Source: an uncultured virus (IMG/VR IMGVR_UViG_2061766007_000763)
Taxonomy: Duplodnaviria > Heunggongvirae > Uroviricota > Caudoviricetes
Direction: 5' to 3' (one strand)
DNA length: 64,000 nt
IMG/VR virus record: IMGVR_UViG_2061766007_000763
Positions 42,082 through 52,868 of this stretch are shown here, piece after piece. The translations under genes and the position numbers were made by a program. How positions within the stretch are numbered: the stretch's first letter is position 1; each line of letters opens with the position of its first letter. The notes beneath the pieces were generated by a model. It did not search any database. It was not told the origin of the DNA and saw only the letters and a program-made list of their open reading frames with translations.

Positions 42082-42986
42082 ATGGATTATAACCACAGCA
42101 ATGCAACCGTATTGGATTCAGGTAGAGTCGTGTTCTCTAACGCGAAGCACCTGTATTTCATCCCTTACGTTGATGAGTTCACCATCGGAACAGAGCAGTT
42201 CGACCTCGTGAATATCGTGGGCGACACCATTTCTGTAACTCCCGATGACAACACCATCAACAGCAAGGACAGTGAGTTCAAGNNNNNNNNNNNNNNNNNN
42301 NNNNNNNNNNNNNNNNNNNNNNNNNTGTTCTCGGCAAGGTTCAGTTTGCAGCAACCTGCATTGACTTCCAGAATGACGTGCTCAAGGGCATTTTCGGTTG
42401 GAACGTCAACAACGAGACCGGCATCGCATCTATGCCTACAGCCTACAAGAAGGTTTACGCCGCCATTATTATCAATTTTGGTGAGGGTATTCCTGAAGTA
42501 GTTCTTCCGAAGGTAAAGATGAACTCAAAGGCCATCATCTCAACCCTCAAGACCGGTTCCGGAGAGGGTGCTCTTGCAGGTACAGCTTATGCTGCTATCA
42601 TCGCCGGCACCAAGGGCGGTACAACCCAGAATATCGAGACTTCATATTGCATCATTCCCAATGATGTAACTTATGAAATCGGTACTCCTGCAGTTGAGAC
42701 CAAGGTAGTCACCAAGGGTGCTTCTGTATCAAGTGGCACAGTTACCCTTACCGGTAACGCAACCTTTGCCGGTTCTCTTGATTCCGATGGCTACGGATTC
42801 AAGTACCGTAAGGGCACTTCCGGTTCGTTCATCACTGCAGCACTTGGCAGTGCTCCCACCAGTGGCACAGACTTCACCAAGGCTGTCACTCCCGCTGGCG
42901 GCGCAGGCACATACACCTACTTCGCCTTCGTTGAGAAGGATGGTAAGGAATATGCCGGTGAGAGAAAGACCTTTGTCATCGAGTAA
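42082..42986 (+). CDS. Major tail (tube) protein with a C-terminal FN3/Ig-like extension; frame broken by N-gap
   Basis: After the gap it reads LGKVQFAATCIDFQNDVLKGIFGW; followed by a terminator and the chaperone gene. Confidence 0.75.
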
Positions 42987-43008
42987 CGATAGACGAAAGT
43001 CCATCAAC

Positions 43009-43043
43009 AAGGAGGGTGGAGGCAGGTTCTCTGCCCTCCTTTT
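43009..43043 (+). terminator. Intrinsic terminator after the tail tube gene
   Basis: AAGGAGGGT...GCCCTCCTT followed by a T run. Confidence 0.6.
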
Positions 43044-43079
43044 GGTATAAAGAAGGAAAAACATTAGAAGAGAAGAGAA

Positions 43080-43631
43080 ATGGGATATAAGTTAAATAAC
43101 GTACAGAAGGTTGAGCTTTCAGACAAGAGGCGTAAGGAGATGGCGGAACAGGTGCAGCCGCCGGTATCTGATGCTTCGATGGAAAGACTGGCTCAGATAA
43201 TGAATGACAGCCCTTCTGTGGCTAAGCTGGCAGGTACAGAATGGGAAATCAGGGCTTTGCATCCTGCAGTACAATGGCAGATAGCGGAAGTCGCATGTAA
43301 GATACATAACGTTGAGAAGGCTACTTTTGGTGACGTTCTCGATGGTCTTGCACAGAATTTCCCCAGTGTAGTTAAAATTATAACACTTGCGCTTCTGAAT
43401 GACAAGGAGCGAATAAAGAAAGAGTATGACAGAGTATATGAGACGATTATGTGGGAGAGTGAGCAGCAAGAATGGACCACGCTCCTGTATGATATTCTCA
43501 ACATGCTTGATGTCAGCTTTTTTTTTGCGACTACCAATGCAGTTCAGATATTCCGCGACCTGTCTCTGGCCAGAAAAAAGACGACGGAAGAACAGCATAC
43601 ATCATCGCTCGTACAGAATGGGGGCAAATGA
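43080..43631 (+). CDS. Tail assembly chaperone (gpG-like)
   Basis: Between tail tube and tape measure; contains in-frame slippery heptamers. Confidence 0.75.
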   Translation: MGYKLNNVQKVELSDKRRKEMAEQVQPPVSDASMERLAQIMNDSPSVAKLAGTEWEIRALHPAVQWQIAEVACKIHNVEKATFGDVLDGLAQNFPSVVKIITLALLNDKERIKKEYDRVYETIMWESEQQEWTTLLYDILNMLDVSFFFATTNAVQIFRDLSLARKKTTEEQHTSSLVQNGGK

Positions 43632-43843
43632 TGGATTTCCTGAAGGCTTATCCGTCAGTCACGAGAGAGGAATACATGTGGGTATGGACGGTGCCGCAGA
43701 TTAAGTTGGCCCTAACCGACCATTCACACCAGATAATACTATCTGAAGAGGAAGCTGAGATGAGGAATGGCCGCGAGCTTATAGGTGCAGACGGTCAGGT
43801 AAAAAACGATTTGGGATTACCGGTATTTAATATCAACGATTAA
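43520..43843 (+). CDS. Tail assembly chaperone -1 frameshift extension (gpGT-like)
   Basis: The -1 frame is open from the T run at 43518 into ORF 43628-43843. Confidence 0.65.
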   Translation, partial: FFCDYQCSSDIPRPVSGQKKDDGRTAYIIARTEWGQMMDFLKAYPSVTREEYMWVWTVPQIKLALTDHSHQIILSEEEAEMRNGRELIGADGQVKNDLGLPVFNIND

Positions 43844-43854
43844 AGAGTATTGAT

Positions 43855-46800
43855 ATGGCAGGTGAAGGTTTTAAGTTAGTCATAACGAAAGAAGAGTTGA
43901 AACGCATTGAGAATGCGGATAAGAACATCGAAAATCTTGGTACCACAGCCGAACAGACCCGTACCAAGGTCATAGCTGCATTCAACGCAATGATAAAGGA
44001 GGGTGTAAATCCGTTCCGGGATTCATTGAAAGAAGCAAAGACGGAGTTTGTCGAACTTAAAACTGCAGACCTTATCTTCAAGAAGCTTGAGGAATCCATG
44101 AAGAAACTCGGCAATCAATCCAAGAACACAGGAAAAGATGTCGGGGATTTGGTCACTCAGTTTGCACAACTCAAGACCCAAACAAATCTGAATCCGTATG
44201 CCGGATTAAAAGAGATGAATCTTGGGCAGACTTTAGCGCAACTGAAATCTCTTCAGACTCTACTTAAAGACCCGAAATTAAGTCTTGATGAGGCAAGCTT
44301 GGATTTTCTTAAAAGAAGGATTGAACTTCTAAAGGAGTTCCAGAAAGAGTCTCTTAAATCAAAGGAGACAATCAACTCAGAAGAGAGAGCGGAATCTGAA
44401 CGCAAAGAAAACGGATATGCTAAGGAGCGTCTTGACAATCTGAACAAGCTGGTTGCTGAACAAAAAACTTATGAGGAAGGTGTAAAACGTACCAATAAGG
44501 AATTGGAAAAATCCAACGAGCAACAGCGTAAGTTTGCGGAAAAAAGTTCTGAGCAGAGGGCTATAACTCAAGACATAGCTCATGGCTACGACGAGTCTCA
44601 GTTGCAGAAAGAATGGCAGGATGCTCAGAAGGCCCAAGATAACTATTACGAAAATTGGGGTAGAGCAGAAGACGAGAAGCGTAGGGAGGAGGAACGTAGC
44701 AAACAAGAGAAAATACGCGCTCTGGAGGAAATAAACAAGCAACAGGAGGAACAGGCCAGACAAGAGCAGGAGCGCATACGTCAGGAAAATAGCACCTTTG
44801 CCGGCTCTATAGCTTTTTCTAAAAAAGCTCAGAGTATTAACGAGGAGAAGCAGGCTATAGAATACCTTACTATTGCTCGTGATAATTTAAATAAATCTGA
44901 TAAAGANNNNNNNNNNNNNNNNNNNNNNNNNNNNNNNNNNNNNNNNNNNNNNNNTCTTCAGCACAAGATTAACATAGACAACGCTACAAGCGCATCAAAT
45001 AGACTACAGAAGGCCCACAGCAATATATTACAGGGATTAGGACCTCTCGGCAATAAACTGGCCCTTGTATTCAGTTTCTCAGCTATTAGCGGTTACTTGA
45101 GCCAGATGGTGAACGTTCGTGCAGAATTTGAGCTGCAGAACCGGGCATTACAGGCTATACTTCAAAATAAGGAGCAGGCTGATGCTTTGTTTGACCGCAT
45201 AACCCAGTTGGCGGTCCGCTCTCCTTACCGCGTAAAAGACTTGGTTACTTATACCAAGCAGTTGGCTGCATACCGTGTTGAAGAGGAAAAGCTGTATGAC
45301 ACCACAAAGATGCTCGCAGACGTATCTTCTGGTCTTGGTGTTGATATGCAGCGACTCATCCTTGCTTACGGTCAGGTGAAGGCCGCAAATTATCTCAGAG
45401 GTCAGGAGCTTCGTCAGTTCTCTGAGGCCGGTATCAATATCCTTGGTGAGCTGGCCCAGTATTTCTCTGAGCTTGAAGGCCGTGCCATATCCACCGGCGA
45501 GATATTCGAGCGCGTATCGAAGCGCATGGTGTCCTTCGAGGATGTGGGAGAGGTCTTTAAGCGCATTACGGAAGAGGGCGGTATCTTCTATAACATGCAG
45601 GAGATACAGGCCGAAACGCTTCGCGGTCAGATTTCCAACCTGCGAGACTCTATTGATATAATGTTCAATGAGATAGGCAAAGGCAACGAGGGCGTNNNNN
45701 NNNNNNNNNNNNNNNNNNNNTACGCACCATGATAGAGCATTGGGAAGAGATTGCAAGAATACTTAAAGTAGCAGGAGGTGCTTTTGGCGTTTACATAGCC
45801 TATGTCGTTCTGGCCGGCGTAAAACAGAAGATATGGACCGCCTCCACCATTGAAGCCATGGCCGCACAAAGGGGATTGAATGGTGTTATTGCTACAACCA
45901 TAAAAGGTATGAGGGCCCTGTTCTCCACCGGAGGAATAATAACCATAGCAATAGCGGCCCTTGCAATACTTGGTAGCCATATCATTCAGGTTCGTAAAGA
46001 ACAGAAGGAAGCTAACAAAGAGTTTGCGGAAAACATAAAAAAGCTCAACGCATCCAGAGCTGCAGCCCAGAGCTACACGCCTGCGTTAGTTGAATTGGCA
46101 AAACAGCAGAAGAATTTGCTGGAATCCAGCAAGTCAGATAAAAAGGCTCAAGAGGAATTGGCTGAAGTACGAGCCAAACAGCGTAACATACTGAATGAGC
46201 TGGCTGAAATAGATGCGGATTACGCACGAAGGGTTCGTGGCCGCCTTAACGATGAGCAGGAGCTGATAAAGCTGTCAAAAGAGTACAATCAGGAACTTGA
46301 GACCCGTATGACCCTTGAGGCTGGTATGGGTGTAAATCAGTTGTATTTAACGAAACAATATAACAAGGCTTCAGAGGCTTATACCGAGGCATTGTCAAAC
46401 ATGCAGGCCCACTACCAAGATTTTGTCATCATGGCTCAAAGAAAAGTTGAGGCCCATGAAACANNNNNNNNNNNNNNCTCAATATAAAGCATACAAAGAC
46501 TTTTTGGATGCTGGGGCTGGTTCCATACAAGATAGGTTACAGAAGCTATACGGAGCTTTATCTCTCATAAATGTCAATCTAAACAAATCTTTAGGAGGAT
46601 ATAAGGATATAATCGAGGATTATAATCGAGCTTCTGTCCATCTTGCTCTGGCTGAAGATGCTATGCTCCAAAGATTTAAAACGGCTGCCGAAAACGCAAA
46701 GGTCACTCCCGGAGTACAGGCTTACTGGAAACAATTTACGGATACATCTTTGAGTCAAGAAGACAGGCAGAAGGCAAGAAATGCAATCATTGCCGAATAC

Positions 46801-49647
46801 AATAAGGTTCTCGACACCAGTTACCTGTCTCCGGACCTTCAGAAGAAAGCTAAGGAGTTTCTCCTTAATCTATTCCCGGGTTTTGGCACTTGGGAGGTAA
46901 CGGTAGATAACAACCTTTCTTACCTGCAGGAGCAGATGTCAAAGTACATCGAGAAAAACAAGCTTGATGACACAAGGATATTCCCGAAGATAAATGCGAC
47001 TACTGATACGGATAACTACTTCAAGGAGCTGCAGAATAGATACAAGGAACTTAATGACGAAGCAGGCCGGGCTCGAATAGCTACTGAGAGTCTGAGCGAG
47101 ACCATGTCTAATGAGGAATTTGCCCAGAGTCTCGAAAAGCAGGCTCAGAATGTCAAGAATTTCCTTCTCGCATTCGGTTATGATGACGACTCTAAGGCAA
47201 ACAAACAGATGCAGCTCTTCAAGCAGAGATTGCAACTACTGCAGGATATGTACAAGAAGTATATAGACCTCAGAAAGAACTTCTCTGAAGAAGAGGCTTA
47301 TTCTAAAGTCAAGAAGAGTTATACAAACATATTCAATGACCTGTTCGGCAGCATGGGTTGGAATATCAATGACTTTGATTTCACAACCCTGCAGGGTGTT
47401 CTCGTGCAGTTAGGTAAGCTTGATAATCAGGCAAAGAAACTGGGTAAGGAGGCTGTCAGGGAACTTGACGACGCGATGGGTGATACAGAGGTCCAGATTG
47501 ACGTTAAGATTCGTCAGGATGCGAGGGAGGATTTACAGCGTGACATAGCAGACCTATTTGACGGATACGAAATCGCTACGGAGCTTGACAAACTTGATAT
47601 TCCGGCAGACCTTGCTCAGCAGATATTTGGCCTGCAGGCTACTTCTCTGCCTCAGATACAGGCTATCATAGAACAGTGGCATGAGGCCAACCTCTTTATT
47701 GGAGAAGATGGAGAGAAGGTCTATAAGGATACAATGGAGAGAATAGCCGACATGGAGGATAGGGAAAACCGTGAACGTCTCAAGAAATATCTGGCACTTC
47801 TCAACGATGCTACCGATGCTCGTATCACCATCAAGCAAAAAGAGCTGAGAGAACTCCGTGAAATAGATAAGCTTGAGAATGTTCCCGAGCCAGAGAAGAA
47901 CCTCATGCGTGAGAAGGTTCGCGAGAATGCCGAGAAGGAATTGCTGCAGCAGCAGTGGAAGGAGTTCAAGGACAGCGACCTCTATGTACAGATGTTTGAG
48001 AATCTGGACAAGGCATCAATGAAGAGCCTTGGGGTGATGCGTTCTCAGCTCGAAGAGATGCGTGCTTCTCTAAGCAATCTCGACCCGGCCAACGCAAAAG
48101 AGGTTGCAAGGGCTATAGAAAGGATTGACGAGGCTACACATAATCGTCACCCGCTCCGTTATCTGAATGAGGACTTGAAAAAGGCTCAAGAATATATCGC
48201 TAACCGGCAGACGTGGGAAAAGGCTCTTACTGATGCCATGACGCGGGCCGCAGAACTCACTCAGAGCCGCAATGATGCAGCAGACATTGCCGCTGGCTGG
48301 TGGGACCAGTATCAGAAATATTCCGACCAAGGTCTTACCAATGAGGCTTCATATTCGTATATCATGTGGCAGAAGGCCCATGATGTAACGGAGAAATATG
48401 CAAAGCAGCTTGAAGAGACCAATAAGGAAATTGACAAATATACCCGTAAGCTCAGTCAGGGTCAGCGTGCGATGCAGAACTACTGCGATACGCTTATTCA
48501 GATGTGCGAGTGGACCAAAGAGGTTAGTAACCTAATGGAAGAGTTTGCCGTATTGTCGATGGAGACTTACGGCAAAGCAACGACTTCAGCAGAGGCTTAC
48601 GCTCGTATTATAGGTGAGACGGTAGAGAACGTAGCTAATCTGGCTGCCAATATAGTTAAGATAGTTGCCTCAGATGGAGCAGATGTATCAGCTTGGATTG
48701 CTGCCGGCGGTGCCATCGCCGGCTTATGGCGCAATATAAATGACTTCATCGACAGGGGAAAGCTTGACATTATTGAAGAAGAGCAGAGGGCCATAGACCA
48801 GCTCACTTGGGCTTATGCACGTCTGGAGGAGCAGATAGATAAGGCTCTTACCCTTGAGGCCGCCTTGGTAAGCAGCGACCAGATGCTTCAGAATATCGAA
48901 ATGCGCCGGCAGGCCATCGAAGCCCAGCTTGCAGCAGAAGAGGAGCGGAAGAATACGGATGAAAGCGAGATAAACAAATATAAGCAGCAGCTTATCGAAC
49001 TTGAAGATGAGGCTGAGAGAGCGAAGAGCAAGATGATGGAAGCCTTCGGCGGTATAGGTAGCGAAAATTACGCTTCACAGGCTGCCAGCATCATTACCGC
49101 TTGGGTGGATGCTTACAAAAACGGCACCAACACTCTTGATGCTATAAACGGCAAGTTTGACGAGTTTATCGACAACCTTCTCAAGAAACAGTTGCAGTTG
49201 CGTTATGCCGGTCGTTACATTGAGCAGATAATGTCCGAGTTTGACTCGATGTTTGAAGACGATGGTGTGGCCAGTCGTGAAGAAATGCTGGCTTTCAGGG
49301 AGATGAAAGATAAGGCTGTAGCCGACTTGGATGCTCGTATGCGTGAATGGATGGAGATTATGGGCTACGGTCAGGGCTACGAGAACGAAGGTCTGACATC
49401 ACTGCAGAGAGGCATACAGGGCGTTACAGAAAAGGAGGCTGAGGTCATTGAGTCATACTTAAATGGAGTACGTTCCAATCAGATGACCATGAACACCAAC
49501 ATAACGAACATCTACAACGCTTTGACGGCGGAAAACAGTGAAATAATAAGAAACCTGAAGTACGCAAAAAAGATTTATGACTTGCTATTCAGCCTTTCGG
49601 CAGAATCAACCAGTAACGGCAGAGTCTTGAAGGTCAAGATGGTATAA
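43855..49647 (+). CDS. Tape measure protein (about 1900 aa); split by N-gaps
   Basis: Long helical protein; tape-measure domain SPY.VKDLVTYTKQL.AY...RLILAYGQVKAANYLRGQELRQFSEAGI. Confidence 0.92.
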
Positions 49648-49678
49648 CAGCAATTCTCTTCTTCTATGCTGTTTTTCC

Positions 49679-49718
49679 GGAAGGAGTGGGGTTATCGCCC
49701 CATTCCTTCTATTTTTTT
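49679..49718. terminator. Terminator between convergent modules
   Basis: GGAAGGAGTGGGG-ttatcg-CCCCATTCCTTCT followed by a T run. Confidence 0.8.
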
Positions 49719-50029
49719 ACCATTTGCTTGTTAAGCAGGTTGCCAAGGATTTTGTCATAAATAGACCGTTCTTCAAATGGTCCCTCGGTTAAGAACTTGA
49801 TTCCGGAAATCTGCATAAACACGTTTCTCCTTGTTCGGCCATATCTCTTTGCTATTTGGGCGGCAGACAGCTTCATGTCTTGATGCAATATGAGCCAAAG
49901 GAAGGCTCTTGCGTTTGATGTGTTGCGTTTTCTATCTCGGGAGTATAGATTGCTCACCTCGATAGAGAAAAACTCGCTGACGGTCAATTCTGCAAGTTTG
50001 ATGTCGTTTTCTGTTGCTATTGCCATCAT
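49709..50029 (-). CDS. DnaA C-terminal-like HTH protein
   Basis: LYSRDRKRNTSNARAFLWLILH...SAAQIAKRYGRT.RNV. Confidence 0.65.
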   Translation of the reverse strand: MMAIATENDIKLAELTVSEFFSIEVSNLYSRDRKRNTSNARAFLWLILHQDMKLSAAQIAKRYGRTRRNVFMQISGIKFLTEGPFEERSIYDKILGNLLNKQMVKK

Positions 50030-50433
50030 TCTTCAAACAAAGTTGGGTAATTACTATTCTTTTCTTCAACTCCCTTCACCTCGACGAGAGTAAACTCAAT
50101 ACGAGGATTCAACTTGTCAATAAACTTGTTTGCTACAATTTTGACGCAATTGCGGTCGTTCTTAATAGCATTGCAACCCTGCAGGCAATCCAGCAAACCT
50201 TTTAATGAATTATCAAGGTCCGGTTGGTTACTCTGAAAATATACATCTGCATAGAGCTCGAAAAAACCTTGGATGTTACGATTGCGGTAGGTGCCACACT
50301 GAAGGTAAAATTTCTTTTCAAACTCCTTCATCGCAGATGTTTTAGCCAAAGAGCCGTGCCCGCCTAAAGTTACTATTCTGTAACAGTTACTTTTACTGGG
50401 CACTGAACCTAAAATGACCTGTTCATGCTTCAT
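50026..50433 (-). CDS. rusA: RusA-like Holliday junction resolvase
   Basis: G.VPSKSN; PDLDNSLKGLLDCLQ....IKNDR; NPRIEF. Confidence 0.88.
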   Translation of the reverse strand: MKHEQVILGSVPSKSNCYRIVTLGGHGSLAKTSAMKEFEKKFYLQCGTYRNRNIQGFFELYADVYFQSNQPDLDNSLKGLLDCLQGCNAIKNDRNCVKIVANKFIDKLNPRIEFTLVEVKGVEEKNSNYPTLFEE

Positions 50434-50782
50434 TTTTATCTTCTGTTAAATTGGGTTCAACAATTTCTTCCTCTTCTGCAGCAGTAAGTCGCTTCAGACG
50501 TATATTTACGAAATCAAGGCTTACCATATCCGGTTTTGACTTGTGCCATGCACACAGGAAATCCCAAGGCTCGGTGGCATATAGAGTCTTGATAAGCTCT
50601 TCGCACTCACATATATTCTTAACCTCAAGCCATACTACCTTACACCTCACTCCATCGGCGGTTATAACTCTCTGGCCTGTGCGTGCCTCGAAGAATTGTA
50701 TGTTATTCCGGATGGCAGCGTAAGGAACAAGTATCTCCTCCTTAAAGCTGTGATTGATATAAAATTCTAAGTTAGAACTCAT
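50423..50782 (-). CDS. Hypothetical protein
   Basis: Operon packing. Confidence 0.65.
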   Translation of the reverse strand: MSSNLEFYINHSFKEEILVPYAAIRNNIQFFEARTGQRVITADGVRCKVVWLEVKNICECEELIKTLYATEPWDFLCAWHKSKPDMVSLDFVNIRLKRLTAAEEEEIVEPNLTEDKNEA

Positions 50783-51493
50783 ACTGAGATATATTCATAG
50801 TTAAACCTTTATGTGCGGCACATACATTCTGAAAACCAAGACTCTCTTTTATTGTATCCACAAACATCTTTTCGTTGCTATTGGTGCTACTGAGATGTAT
50901 GAGCATAATTCCGTTGCAGGCGGAAGAAAAGTTGTTTCTGAGAAAAATCTCGGCTTTCTGAAGCGACATGTGGTCGTTGTATCGAGAGAACTGGTAGCCG
51001 CCTTCCATCATNNNNNNNNNNNNNNNNNNNNNNNNNTGGCTTCTACCATAAAGAAATTTACATTCTTGAATTTTAGTGGTACATCCCGGCAGTCCGTAAC
51101 AAAGACAACGCGGACACCATCGGGGCAATCTATAAGGTATCCAAAGCATTGTGTGGCATGTTCCAGCTCAAATGCTTGTACCTTGAATGGCCCGATATGG
51201 TTTATCTTGTTTAGCTCAATATCTTTGATACCCGGACAAACTGAAGCGCATAAAGATGGTCCATAGACCTTATATCCCATGCGTATTAACGAAGAGGCGG
51301 TACGCGGCGCGAGGTGGTCCCCATGTCTATGTGACACCAAGCATCCGCATACTTTCGCCATACCTTCGTCGTAGTTGCAGGCTTCAAGATAATCAGTCAT
51401 GTCACAGCCCAGCTCAAGAATAAGAATCTTATTCTCGGACTCTATCAGGTAGCCATTACCTCTTGAACTTGAACCTACAACCTTGATATTCAT
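50772..51493 (-). CDS. Metallo-beta-lactamase-fold hydrolase (phage nuclease type); frame broken by N-gap
   Basis: GSSSRGNGY; VSHRHGDH; FVTD; HMS; LIHLS..N. Confidence 0.88.
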
Positions 51494-51498
51494 GTGTT

Positions 51499-52443
51499 TC
51501 AGAATCCAAATGAACCTTGGGGCTGCTCGTCACTCGGAGCTTGGTCCTCGGACTGATTTTGCTGTTCTGGAGCCTCGCTTCCATGCGACTCCTGTTCTGC
51601 CGCATCTGCCGGCTTATTATCTTCTTTCACCTTTTTCTTGGCAACGACTTGTTTCGGGGACTTGTTCTCTATGGCCGGCTGCTCATCTTTAACCTCCTGA
51701 AATTCAGACGGGCGCAAATCCTTTACCTCATTCTGTGTCTCGTCGTCATCATCCGGCTCGCCAGCTCCATTGAGTTCTGGAGTAGAGTTAATAACCATGC
51801 GACAACCCGAATTAACGATAGTCTTACCTATCATCTTCTCAGTAAACTGCTTGTGTACGCCCTGCTGCGAAGGTGACTTGCTCCATGCCGTCAGAATCTG
51901 CTTCTTGGTCATAATATACAGATTGGGCCCCTTCTTGGAAGGTATGTACATGTATGCACCGACAAAATCCTTGTCTATGTTCCCAAGGTCCTGCTCGTGT
52001 TCTACAAGAATCTTACGGCCAGACTCCGCGTCAATTCTGTACACGAATTTATCACCCTCGTGGATGACAACCGGGAACGGCTCCCAATCGGGATATATAC
52101 GTTTTACCAACAGGACCTGACCGAAGTAAGAGGGGTCGATGCAGAGCTGGTCGCCACGTACAATAGGATAACACTGGTCAAGAGCCATATTAAGGCCACG
52201 AGTTACCATTTTGAAGAGCGCGGTCTGGATTGAGGCCGGCGTACATACCTCAAGGGCACGTTTGCCATTCTTGTCCTTAACCTCCGAAATCTTCAGATAA
52301 GACATCTTGATTGCGTTCACATAGTTATAATCAGCCGGCATAGTAAATCCAGCCTCACACAACTCTTGGATTCTCTTGATTACGTTGTCACCAATCTCAC
52401 TAACCTTAATGACTGCTGACGGAACATTGTTATTTTCTTCCAT
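51499..52443 (-). CDS. recT: RecT-family ssDNA annealing protein
   Basis: CTPASIQTALFKMV..GLN....QCYPI.RG; SYFG; M..KTIV; acidic tail. Confidence 0.88.
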   Translation of the reverse strand: MEENNNVPSAVIKVSEIGDNVIKRIQELCEAGFTMPADYNYVNAIKMSYLKISEVKDKNGKRALEVCTPASIQTALFKMVTRGLNMALDQCYPIVRGDQLCIDPSYFGQVLLVKRIYPDWEPFPVVIHEGDKFVYRIDAESGRKILVEHEQDLGNIDKDFVGAYMYIPSKKGPNLYIMTKKQILTAWSKSPSQQGVHKQFTEKMIGKTIVNSGCRMVINSTPELNGAGEPDDDDETQNEVKDLRPSEFQEVKDEQPAIENKSPKQVVAKKKVKEDNKPADAAEQESHGSEAPEQQNQSEDQAPSDEQPQGSFGF

Positions 52444-52467
52444 TGTCTATAAATAATTAATAGTTAA

Positions 52468-52866
52468 TCATTTTTCATCTATTCTCGGGCTATCGCCTTC
52501 TTCTTCCCTATATATGTCAATAGGGATGTTATCCAAATCAGAGAGCTTGCGCCTCGTGTATTTGCGGTATTCGCTTTCGTTGCAGTCAACCCAGACCTTC
52601 AGGCATTGGGCCCTAAGCAACCAGTAATCACCTTTTTTGTGCCCCATGACATTGAGGTCAACTCTGACGTTCCTGCCGACCTCAAGCGGCCATTTCTTCT
52701 TTCTTGGATTAAAAGCAACAAAAGGTATGCAGGTGTCCTCTCTTCCAAAGTCGTTCTGCTTAATCACATAACTCCAGACTTCACTCCGGTTGCCATGCTC
52801 ATCAGTAAGATACTTCTGCAGTTTGGCTTCAACTATTTCCCCGGCCACAGTAAGATTATTTTCCAT
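52468..52866 (-). CDS. DUF3127-like OB-fold protein
   Basis: LTVAGEIV...IPFVAF...LEVG..VRVD.NV.G......W.....C.KV. Confidence 0.5.
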   Translation of the reverse strand: MENNLTVAGEIVEAKLQKYLTDEHGNRSEVWSYVIKQNDFGREDTCIPFVAFNPRKKKWPLEVGRNVRVDLNVMGHKKGDYWLLRAQCLKVWVDCNESEYRKYTRRKLSDLDNIPIDIYREEEGDSPRIDEK

Positions 52867-52868
52867 CC

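Noticed and set aside
11233..51493. Apparent frameshifts or pseudogenes in the endolysin, giant tail gene, terL, decoration, tail tube, tape measure and MBL genes
   Set aside because: Every break coincides with an N-run and protein-like sequence continues in another frame, so these are gap-length artefacts.
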